A stretch of DNA of 64,000 nucleotides from Lingula anatina. Taxonomy: Eukaryota > Animalia > Brachiopoda. Positions within the stretch are counted from its first letter, which is position 1; every line of letters begins with the position of its first letter. The notes below the pieces were generated by a model. It ran no database searches. It was not told where the DNA came from and saw only the letters and a list, made by a program, of their open reading frames with translations. The position numbers were made by a program, and so were the translations under genes. Location: positions 67,744,788 to 67,808,787 of the forward strand of contig CM120640.1 in NCBI GenBank assembly GCA_051362555.1, read 5' to 3'. Shown here piece by piece: positions 11,752-23,361 of this stretch.

Positions 11752-13629
11752 ATGGCTGGAATCCACCAAGTGTGTGCAATAATCCTGTGTTGCCTTTTGC
11801 CAAGTGTGACACAAGGTAATGATCAATTGGACACGAGGTGTCCTCAGGGCCAGGCTTATGAAAGTGGTACTGGAACATGTATGGACTGTGCTGACTTGTG
11901 TAGTTGGGGTGCTGAGGGTCTGGTATCAGCAAAACTATGTGAAAGTGACAATTGTGCAGGTAATGAAAAGTGTACTTTTTGAATACTTATCTAGTGCTGT
12001 AAAATTAATATAACTAATTAAGTTACATTTAATATTTTCCAATACTGTAGCAGCAAGTATACCATATGCATGTCAAATATGTAATTTATTATTTATCTGG
12101 TCAAGTTATAGAGGATCAAGTTAATGCTTTATAAAACTTAAACTTAATTTTAGTTTTTTAAGTTTTATCAGAAGAAACTTGTATAAGAAGAACAAAAAGG
12201 ACAGTAAATGTGCCTCCTTTCATGGCAATGTTACTTAAAACTGTAAAGTATCAGTCCTGTAGCAAAGCATGAAGTGGATAAGGTGCAAAATTTGCCTGGC
12301 ATTTCTTTTTGGTTACAGTTTTTAGTGTCATTTATATTGGATGATAATAGATTATATTTTTGTTGCTATTTTATGTATAATGTTTTTTTTTTTTTTTACA
12401 GAATATCGCAAGAATAAGCAAAATGGACAAAAGCCCAAGCTCGACGGTGACCATGACAACCTCTGCCAGGGGGAAATGAGAGTCAAAATGCCAGTTCATC
12501 CTTCGACTTTGTCTCTGTGGGTCACAGTCTCCATTGCAGTGGTTGTCACTTGTTTTATAACTGTTGCTATAACCTTGCTGATTGTACGATATTTTGCCAG
12601 GAAAGGAAAATATCTTTTCACCAAAGGTTAGTACATGTACATTGTAGCATAATATAAAGATGTTTCCTTTTTCATTAATTTTTTTTCTATTCTGCATTAC
12701 ACCCCCTCGGTGATTTTGACCCATGGTATGATTTTCATTTTATGGAAAAGATATATGATTGTCACAGAAAGTCATTCATGAAATGGGCAAGCTTCTTTTA
12801 CTGCATGAGTAAGTGTTTTTGTCTATAACAATAACACTTATTCATGCAGTACGAGAAGCTTACTTATTTCACAAAAATACTTGTGTTTCTGTACATTTAA
12901 CCATCACCTAGACCTGTTGTTGTTTTCACTATGCACTTTTCACTGTTAATGCAATGAATGGATAACATTGTACCTTTTTAACCTCACTCTTACTAGAGTG
13001 ATTTATAGCACTCAAATACAGGCCAGGATTGAAAACCAGCTTTATTGGACTATTCTTATTGAAGTTATGGAACTTATGCAGTCTTTGCTTGTGAATTTTT
13101 TTTTACTTTGACCAAGTTTTTATTTTTCACACTAAGGCAATCTCATGCTGTGATTTTGAATTCTCATGGGCCTTAATCCCTTTATCAGTTATATTTTCTG
13201 ATTTCCACATTAAGAGTTTTACTTAATTAAAAATTGGGGGTGATTTTGCAATTGAATATCATGTGATATTGCATCAGAATTGTCAAAAACCCTATTTTGA
13301 GCACTCATCGTTAATGCAATCAATGAATTAAATGTCTGCCTTATTTACCTCAAGGTTAAGCAGTGTGTAAAATTATTATGTGCACTGTCATCACTAAATC
13401 TCTTTTATAACTCTGCATTTGATGTCTCTTTTGCTAATAATCAGAATGCGTGGCCAGTTTTTGTTTTGGTAACATTTCCAACATGATGTGTTTAGCTATG
13501 TTTTTCATCAATGAACTCTCATACCGGCTTTCTATACTTGTAGGTAAAAAGGGGGAACAGGTTGACCAAAATGTTTCTGGAAGATTAATCACCAATAGCA
13601 CATCAGATGAAGTGGAGGCAAGTGTCTAA
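11752..13629 (+). CDS. Small type I membrane protein with one cysteine-rich domain, TNF-receptor-like (Grindelwald/BCMA/TACI/Fn14-like architecture), 3 coding exons, 172 aa
   Basis: Exons 11752-11959, 12402-12626 and 13544-13629 joined by phase-1 introns. Signal peptide MAGIHQVCAIILCCLLPSVTQG; six-cysteine domain CPQGQAYESGTGTCMDCADLC...LCESDNC; TM LWVTVSIAVVVTCFITVAITLLIV; basic stop-transfer RYFARKGK; tail ending DEVEASV*. Confidence 0.8.
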
Positions 13630-15196
13630 GCAAGAAACTGAACCCAACTTAATGGTCTCTAGAGAATTGTGCTTCTGTAAGGACATGAAAGGGAATAACC
13701 TTTTTATGTATAATAGCATGAGCTTAGAATCAGTTCATGTGAGTAAATTATATTGTGCCATTAAAAACATTTTATTACACATGCTAGATTATTTATATTG
13801 GTTATGATTTGGAATATTTATGTTAAAAAATTTTAATCAAAATCTGGAGGGCTAATACTTTTTATGTACTGACACATTGTCTGTACTTGTGTCAGCCATC
13901 ACTTGTGTCAGCCATAGCTTTGTCCCAATTTTCACTGTTATTACACAATAAATTGAAACCTTGTGATTTATCATCCTCAGTCTTATTGGGGTGATTAATG
14001 GCACTGTATTACAGGTCAGGTTCGTACAGCAGATATATTGGACCATTTTTTATGTTAAGGAATTTTATTTTTTGAGAATTTTGCACTTTTTACACTGGCA
14101 TTTTCAAGATGTGACTGAACTCCTCCATGCCTTAGGCCCCGTTCTAGGTACATTTTTTCTGAATACCCTCATATAAACAGAGGCACATGATTAAAAAGTG
14201 ATGGTGATTATGCAGAGTAGCATTATGTAATATTTATTGCATCATATTTGACAGGGGTATTGTACATGTATAATGTTAATAAATTATTCTAAATAATGTG
14301 TGTTTAGGGAGGTAACAAAAACTAACTTGCATGATGTATTGTGCGCTTGTTAGTTTTGAGAGCCTCATATGACAGCTTGGCTGTGGCCTCCCCAGGGAGG
14401 GGAGAGTGTCAATCCCGAGACAGGCCAAAAATGACCAGCTATCCATTGTAAACTGCACTGAAATGTATAGAATGTAGTGCAGTATGTAAGAACCAAGCTT
14501 AAATTCTGGTTTAAAATCATAGGTAGCTATAGTGGGCCACTGGCAGACAGGAACTGATAGCCTGGTCTAGTAGTTTTCATAAATCAACTCATGTTTGAAT
14601 AACAGCTTTATTGGACAGTTTTTGAAGTTATTCAATGCATATTTCACTTTTCACACTGGTATTTTAAAGATGTGACTTCAAACTACCAACGGACTTAAGC
14701 CCAGTGCTAGTGCAATTTTCTGAATATCTGCTTGAACAGTAGTACATACATTAAAGAGTGCTGGTGATAATGCTGTTTACCATTATGTAATATAATTTTG
14801 TGCACTGTCATTACATTATTTTTTGTTTTATATCTGTACATATGATAGCTTTGCTGCCTTATTTCAGTGTATTCCTAGTGTTAAAATAAGCTTCATTTTC
14901 TTACATGTAATGATTGTATTATGTCATTGAACAGTTGAAGGTGCTCATAAAGACTAAGTCTTCAGATGAGCATTTTCAGGCAAATTCAGTTTTGAAAGTT
15001 TATTAATCGGAGAAATTTGCAAAAGAAACCTAGTTGGAATATGTTGAAAATTTGTATGTTGCATGACTGTTCATCCTTTTCTCTTTAATTGATATGACTG
15101 AAAAAAGTAGTTTATGACCAAAAAATGAGTACCTGCTGTCTGGATTTTTTTATGCAGACAGCCATTAATTTAGTTATTGGGAGCAGTGATGATCTA

Positions 15197-15350
15197 GGCA
15201 TCGTTCACATGAAAAATAAAAATTGCAAAAATCCATCGGCGGTATCTAGTGATCACAGTCTGTGCCCTGAATACCCCTCGGCGTAATTAAGTAGCAGCAT
15301 GAGCGAGTCGTTTCCAAAGCTGTAATTAATTCTCGGCTGTGCTCGGAGGA
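15197..15350. mobile_element. Truncated second copy of the 10400 MITE family
   Basis: GGCATCGTTCACATGAAAAAT...GCGGTATCTAGTGATCACAGTCTGTGCCCTGAATAC matches the arms of 10400-10637. Confidence 0.8.
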
Positions 15351-15353
15351 GAT

Positions 15354-15524
15354 TCTGACACCTGGACGCATGCGCAGTAGTATCTCTAAACTGTGGAGTT
15401 CATCAGATTAGTTGTCACGATGCAAGGATAGCAGACACGATACATGGCTAGTAGTAGTGCAAAACACATTTTTCAAAGCAACGGCGACTCACATTTTCTT
15501 TCTCGCATGCGTCCAGGTGTCAGA
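15354..15524. mobile_element. MITE with 21-bp perfect TIRs abutting the previous element
   Basis: TCTGACACCTGGACGCATGCG ... CGCATGCGTCCAGGTGTCAGA. Confidence 0.8.
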
Positions 15525-17228
15525 TTATAAATGTCATCACATAGATTCCTGATCCCTTTTGAAATGTTATCCCTTTGATCCATTTTCAAGCCCATTTATG
15601 AGTTCAAAATACTTTTGTGACTTTAAAACGTATTGTTGTATTGGATTATAGGGCAGAAAGATGAACAGGCAGATATGCATGCGAACAAAATGAAATCATA
15701 CTAAGTAAAGGCATTGGCAGAGCTTATTATGTTTGGACATAATTTGATCTTTCTGTTTTGTAGCCTCTGACACTTAAAAGTTAGTATAGCTGATCTGTAC
15801 TTGTTTAGGGTTCACATTTTTAGAGAAGCATTTTTGTGTCAGTGGCTATGTAACAGAACTCAAGCTATGCCCAAACGTTACTGTGTTACTTTTATATACT
15901 GTAAATTGGTTCATAGTTAGCTTTTCTGAATTTTTTACTTTGCTTGTAATGTCCATGGGTAGACTTATATTATGTCATAATTATTGTGTAAAATTATTCG
16001 ATATTTTCCAGTATTGTCATAGTTACATTACACTAATATTGTATAATATTGCTGTATCAGTATCAAACATATTTGCAGTGTTTATGTTGTTCATGGTTGT
16101 TGTGAATGTCTGCCCTCCCCCTCCTGAAGAAATAAATAACTGATCCGCATTATAATGCTTTAAATATATCATCTTTAGAACAATTCAAGAATCAGGAAGA
16201 TTAGCCTTACGATCAGTTTTTCTTGAACGCATTACTTTGTAACTTTTTAAAATGTAGTTGTATTAAGGCAAATAAATAGCGCTTAAATGTTGTGCCACCA
16301 AGATTGTGTTTGCTTTATTGCTGGGTTTTGTTTGCACCCTTTACCAAGGTTATTGATTAATAGATGGTCCAATAAATACTAACAACAGTGATAGCAGATT
16401 TTACATATATACAAAAAGTTTTATCAAAATTCAAACTGGGTACATTACATATATGTTCCACCTGAAACGATATGAGCAATAATCGTTTGAAAGGCACCCT
16501 TTATGAGCATACACATGGTGGTAAGCCAGACAAAATCTAGTGCCAATTAAAATTTAATCCATATTTTCCTTGTTAAGTTTTCTAACAAATTAACAACAGA
16601 ACAGCATGTAAGTGTTAAACAATGGAATCGAAATAATTTGGAATAAGAAAAGTTTCATGTACAACATTTCTGCTGATGTCGATCATTATTTTTTTCTTGC
16701 ATTAGCAAGATGGCACTAGATGTAAATGGAAGGCTTTGTTATGATGAAACTCTGACATAAGTATAAAAAATTTAACGACCTTAAAACCACATAGAAGCAT
16801 CAGTTATTACTGTGATCATTTGCTGGTTTGGACATCCCAAACCCTAGAACACTTGGTCTACCTAAATTAATCATTGGCCTTTTTAAGGTCTTTCAGCTGG
16901 ACAAGAAATAACAACAGCTCTGCTGCGGTTCTCAAAAAGAATGACCAATAAATACAAAATATATAGATACCAAGTATGGTTGCACATAGACTTAGATCAC
17001 CATGTAAAAATATCCATAAAAAGCTCTTTTTAACATGACTTCTGTATCACAGTATTCAGAGAATGATAAATGACATGTAAAGACTAATGAAAAATTGCAG
17101 AGAATGAAATTGTCACATTTTTGCTGTAGCTGAACACATGAAAATAAGTTCAAAGTAATAACACATTCCAGCAGAGACTTAGAGATTTTTTTTTGCTGTG
17201 GGTTTTGTGCTTCAGTGTTAAAAATGGA

Positions 17229-20200
17229 CTACACAGAACAGGCAAGTTTGTTTGGAGGCAAAGTGAGCCTTGCCGGGGACTCCACAAGTATATCTGTTTG
17301 TTCCAGAGTATATGGTGGGTGAACAGTGTAAAGACGTTTCCGCTGACTCTGTAGCTCTTCAACAATAGCTGGGTGGAAGGGCATTTTGGCCCACTGAGCA
17401 AAGTTGAACTGACTGTGGTTGTAATCACCTCTCATCCGACCTCTGCAAGGAAATGTAACAAACTGTTTATCATCTGGTGAAGAGAGAATTCACTAATACT
17501 TGTTGAAATCAACATTTTCACATTTACTTCCCTCTCTCTACATCTTCAAAAGTTACAAATTGTTAATAGTCTTTACAAATATAAATAAAAGAACAATGCT
17601 GTTGCTGTCTAAATACATATCAAATTTTGTTTTAACTGTTGTAAAATACTGATACAGTAATTCTTCAGGAAAACATTATGATTGCAATATATTCTCATAG
17701 CAAAAACAAGTCTTAAGTGCATGAAAATGAGGCATAAGAGGGAAAGAAAAATGTTACAGTATCTATTGGAAGGAATGTGATGATTTGAAATATGTTGGAT
17801 AGGATTTGGTGCACAGTGCCATACGTTGGATAAGATTTAGTGCACTGGTAATTAATATTTTTTACCTTGCAGCCAACAAGCACACTAATAGTCTCAGAAG
17901 GCTTCAGAGATTCAAAAGAATAGAAAATAATATTGTTTTCTTGGATTGATTATGTAGGAAATATTACATAATCTTAAATATTTTGGACAATAATACCAAC
18001 TACAGATTAAGTCTTTTTCATGTACTTTTTGTCATAATACATTATACTGTAAAAGTAACAAGTAAATGTTGTAATAAAATGAGACTTTCTATATACTGGA
18101 CATATGATGTGCAATTGAAATACATAGTATTCTTACCTGCTGGCCTTTCTAACTGGACTTTCAATGTCGTGCATTGGCATGGCAAGCCATGTTTTACATT
18201 CAGTTCCATGGCGCCCTAATGGAACCAGAGGCAAGGGTGGGAGTTTTATCTTTTCTATATCTTTATCTGTGTATGTGATGCCTGTGGTACATCTGAGTAT
18301 CGTTCTGTCCTCTTCTGCCCGTTCCTTGGCTTGAGAGAGAAGGGGATCTCTCAGTGGTTTTGTCTCTGCATGAATACCCTGAAGAAGACAATAAACTTGG
18401 TTTAAAGTGTAATATTGAATTTTTATCAAGAAAAATGACAGTTTATTTACATGACTTTAATACAGAAGAACAGCAAAGCAATAAAAAAATTACATGTATT
18501 TATATTCATAACTGAAAAAATAATTTGAGCATATTTTTTTGATTAATTTTAAATATCCAAAAGTTCCTGAATGATTTTTATGGCAACGGTTCAGTAAGTA
18601 AATCTCAGAGAACACTTACTCTTGTGCCCAGAGGTCTGTTAACATGTAAACCAAGTGGACAATACTCAGCAGGATCTACCGTATCAAGGAAGACATGACC
18701 CTGAAAAAGAAAAATAATGGTATTGTATAAATCATTTCCATACATAGCCAGCACTGATAAGTTTTAAAAAAATTAAGTTTTTAAAAAATTACAAGAAACA
18801 TAAAAGCTTAATTATACAAAATTGTTGGTTTTCGTATTGGAAGAAATATTAAAAAATCAAACATGTCAAAATTACCTTCTGGTTTGTAAATTCTAAATAT
18901 TCTTTGTAAATCTGTCTCTTTCTGCGATCAAGTTGCTTATAAGCTGGTCCACCCATCTCCTTTATAACTTCCTTTCTTATTGGCTCATGGACCTGGTCAT
19001 TCCATTTTTTGTGTAAAATTTCCTTTTTGCGGAGATCATGAACTTCTTTAGCTGCCAAAAATGCATCTATGTCCTAGAAAAATATTTGCAATTATGAATG
19101 GGTTTAAGTGCTCTTCATGTCTGTATGGAAACTTACGCCTTCTGCATTATTTGTACCCATACAACAGTAGTGATTTTGGAATCACTAGGATAGACTAACA
19201 TTCTGTTTATCACGAATTGATTTTAATGACAAATAACAAATGTAGTAAATTAAACTCTGAAGCAGTGTTTAGAATGACTACAACTGATGCACTGTGATGT
19301 ATTGATTCACATTAGGGCACTGTGTACATTACCTTGGTGTTCAATTAAATCAACAGTAACTATTGACAAAATTATAGAGCATCTTTCATTTTAAACAGGC
19401 GGACAGAACTTTTCATTTACTGATATATCAGTTGAAAATATTTTATTCAGAGCACATTAATTTAGTAATGGATCTACATGTATACAAATCACTAATAGAT
19501 TGGTTGATTAGTTCGTAAGGAAGAAATATATCTGAAGTGAAACAATTTTACTTACTTTTACAAAGTTGTCTTCTACATCTAATACTGAATTATACATTTT
19601 CTTTGTGTCTCTAGCTTCTATATCTGCTCTTTCCTGAAAATAGAATTGTAAAAAATTATACAAATTATACGACTATACAGTAAAAACTTAACTTATTCCA
19701 CAGTGTAAAAACACCACTTCAGAATGTGCAACTGAAAAGTACCAAATATTTCACAAATGTGTCATAGCGTTTTGTCTTCTTTGATTTTTTCTGCTTTTGA
19801 CTCCTCTCTTCTGCCTTTTGCTCCAAGATTGTTTCCATGTTTAAAGTCGAATTAAACATTTTCTGAGGTATTATGAGATGCAGAACTATGCGTTGCTCCA
19901 CTGTTCCATTCAATCTGCAACCTAGATTGCAAATGAGCATTCACAGTATCTCTTCATCCCTGGCTTGTTGCTAAGGATATGTGTACTAGTCTGATGTCAC
20001 AAAATATTGTGGGGAGAATTCTTTTTAAAAGATGTTGCTGTATAAAGTTAGAATTTTTTGGTAGTAAAAAAAGTAAAAATGTGTGATTACAAATAACTTC
20101 TTGTCCTTTTTATAATTATCCCCCCTAAAAAAAACTCTTAAATTTACTAATTTATTTCACAAAGTTTTAGTTCCTTTTTCTTTTCTGTTCTCCCCGATTT

Positions 20201-22188
20201 GAAAACTGACCATGTGTATATCTAATCATTCTCAATCTGAAATCAGTGCTGGTGCTTTTACTAAAAGCCAGGATATCTTTCAAATGGGTATTGATCACTT
20301 CTTGATAAGAGTAAGCAAACATTAATTTGAATGAGTGGCTTTTCAACAACTCAAGCACTGTTGCCAGAAACTGTACAATTCTATCAATGGATTGTTTCTA
20401 GCTGAAGCATTATATTCACATGCCATTGCTAAGGAAATAGTACTGAGAAACAGATGTTATTTAATCAGCTATAATGTATACGGATGGTAAACTGAAGACA
20501 GTATTTTCTACTCTTTCCTTAGAAGTGTATTTCCAATTTATTCCTATTTACTCTTTCAAGCATTATGCAGTGGGCTTATTCCCACTGCTTCACACTTTTT
20601 ACAGGACAAAAGCACATCATCGCCTTTCATCAAGTATAAAAAAGATTGAACAATGAAGAGGGACAAAACTGTCAGGGAGTTGACACCAGGTATATGTCAT
20701 TTTTATTTCTTATAGTTTGGTTCATAATTTGGAACATAATGTCAAGCTTATTTAGTTATTTGTTGTACCGTATTCAGCGTATACTTCTACATTTACTTAT
20801 CTTTTTTATTACACATTTGGTCATGATGGCATGTTCTATAGGTGTTTGTCCATTGTATGTTACAATATTTGTGCATCAAGTGAAAAAGACTTACAATTAT
20901 TCATATTCTGATTTCATGCCACTGATTTCATGTCACTTATGAGGGGGAGAGAGATAAAAGAGAGAGGGAGAGAGAATTATAAAATTATTGCCCTCTTACA
21001 AATAAGAATAGCCCTAGTAATTTTCACCTTATGCAGAGAGTCAATGGAAGTTCTATCTTACTTTATATGTAAAAAAGTCTACTTGAAATATCTCTGTCAA
21101 GATTAGTTAGAGTTGCTAACTTGGTTTAAAGTAAGATAATGGCTATAACTAAAGTGGTCATGAGTGGAGTGGTAATGTTTTCTATAAGTGGTTTTAAGCA
21201 CAAAGTCAAACATGCAGCTTTAGAAAGTAACCTTTATGGGTAGCCAATGGGTTCAGTGACAAGGCCAGAAAGTATAAGTGTACACAACAACGTTTTCACC
21301 ATATTTACATGTAGATTTATACATTTAAAAAAAAAATAATAATAACACTGAAAAATTTTTATGAGATGGGAAATCAGTGTATTTTACCATTTGCAAACTG
21401 CAATAAACATGTCAGGAAAAAAAGCATTTTGATAATACACAAAAGTTATGAAGAAAAATTGACTAACCTGAATTTCTTTTACAGACTTTTCACTCAGCCA
21501 GTCTTGCAGTTTGAGCGTGTGACCAATTAAACTATCTGAATCCACTCCCTTTCCTCTGTATGTTGGATTGGGTGTTGATTTGGGTCTTCTGCTATCTAAT
21601 TTCTTTTGAAGATGAGCCTTGCTTGTGAGCTGCAATGAAATACACACCATCAAATAAAATGGAAATAAATAATGGACAAAAACAGGAAACATCACGTCAT
21701 AAACTGGTTTTGCACAGATATAAAGTCAAAATGAAATTATATTAACCACTGTAAAATCCCATGATAAATATCACAAATGATTATAACACTGAAAAATTGC
21801 ATGTATAAAATTTTGTGGTCTATGCCAACCAAATTTTAATGCGGTAATTTTCATTTATTAAAATATACATTATCATACAATACTAGTACTAGTACATGTA
21901 TAACGTTACTTTTATGAAAATATTAAGGACAGATCTGTCTTTCAATATCCATTATTAAACAGAGAAAAACAAAACAATTACAATAAATGTATAACAAATT
22001 AATGATAGAATAACTCTGTATAATGTATGCATTAAAACTGGTAAACTATGTTTTAACTATCCTGAAAATATCAAACTAACCATTGTTTTGATGTGGTCAT
22101 TTGCATCAATCATCAATTCTTCAACTACATCATTATGGTGAACTTCGATGGAGCCACCGGGCTCTTTCACACACAGCATCGACGTCAT
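17229..22188 (-). CDS. FAM228B: FAM228B-like protein, 7 core exons
   Basis: Exons 22188-22081 (MTSMLCVKEPGG), 21629-21468, 19633-19556, ~19073-18876 (DIDAFLAAKEVHDLRKKEILHKKWNDQVHEPI...YLEFTNQK), ~18700-18620 (GHVFLDTVDPAEYCPL), ~18379-18137 (PLRDPLL) and ~17442-17229. The KKEILHKKW, GHVFLD..DP.EY.P and DPL motifs match FAM228 as recalled, and the gene is head-to-head with a profilin-4. Confidence 0.8.
19743..19940 (-). CDS. FAM228B: Candidate alternative first coding exon of FAM228B-like
   Basis: Open frame from ATG 19940 or 19859 (MFNSTLNMETILEQKAEERSQKQKKSKKTKRYDTFVKYL) to a phase-0 GT donor at 19742, in frame with the exon starting at 19633. X-box-like GTTGCTAAGGATAT at 19967-19980. Confidence 0.5.
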
Positions 22189-22289
22189 TTTTCTTCAACT
22201 AATCTTCTTAACTGTGTAAAACCTATAAAATGACTATTAATTACTATACACAATATCACTAATGATACCGCATGCAAACACTCCTCTGT

Positions 22290-22605
22290 TTATCGGTAGC
22301 CATCTTGAAACAAACGAGGCCACGGGTCGTTGCTAGGTCAACACTGTAAAGCAAATAATCGTTCAAGGAATAAATCTATACTTCCTTCGTTTAAAATAAA
22401 GTCGAATTGTGGGTTTTAATTTTTTCCATCTATTATGTTTTCTGTCATTTAATTATATAATTTCGTTTCGAACGCGTTTTTTTTTTTTTTTAATTTGCCC
22501 TATTCCGCGAAGCAGCCCGTGCCTAGTTATAAACTACATTGGTATTACTTCCGGGTCACAGGTGCTGGAAACGGGAAGGTTCAGTGGATCCAAAATTTAA
22601 TCAGG
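22290..22605. promoter_or_regulatory. Putative bidirectional promoter of FAM228B/PFN4 with RFX X-box-like and ETS sites
   Basis: GTTGCTAGGTCAAC at 22329-22342, ACTTCCGG at ~22547, local CpG enrichment, and a + strand donor CAG|GTATAA at ~22605. Confidence 0.55.
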
Positions 22606-23188
22606 TATAATAATGCTTTTTGGGCGAAGAAGTGTTATCATTGTCTGAATATATTTTTGGGACATATTGTGGAGTGAGGAGAACCACATTTCACAGCTTA
22701 TAATCAGTGCATCATATAATGTATTCACAATAAACCTCTTTGTTTTTACCAAGGTGATTTTGCAAAACATCAACATCATATGATAGTAGTATTAATTTAT
22801 AGAAAATAATACAGCCTTTGAACTGATAAAATGAAATAAAATGAAGCGTGTGAAAAATTCAATCATTCAAAAAGTTTTTCAAGTTTACGCATAACCCCTA
22901 CGGGTGATATAAACTGTAGAATAATCAATGTCTGTCTGGAACTGAGAGCAATGTATTAAAAAATTCCATTATTATTTTTTATAAATTTCAATAGTTTTTA
23001 TCCATTTATGAACTTCCCAGTATGAACTTTGCAAATAATTGAATTGATGTAATATTATTATACAAAATGTAAATAATAAAATTTTGATGTCAGCATATGG
23101 AGAAAATCTTTTTAAGACAAGATGTCCCAGCAACTTCGATTCTCTGCAGGTTCTCATTTGCTTTTACATTTTTGCACCAGTACAATAT

Positions 23189-23361
23189 CAGGTGCGGATT
23201 AAGGCCGTCTTCTGGGTCTTCCGGAAGATGGTCAAATTTTCAAGTTTACATTGACAGGTATCTAATTTTTTCTGTTGGAAGATGGTCAGAAATGGAGGAT
23301 GGATCTACAAATACAGTATAATATGGAGGACTGTCAGAAAATATATCTGGATCCGCCCCTG
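23189..23361. mobile_element. Degenerate hAT-like MITE
   Basis: CAGGTGCGGATT ... GGATCCGCCCCTG imperfect TIRs; no clean 8-bp TSD. Confidence 0.5.
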
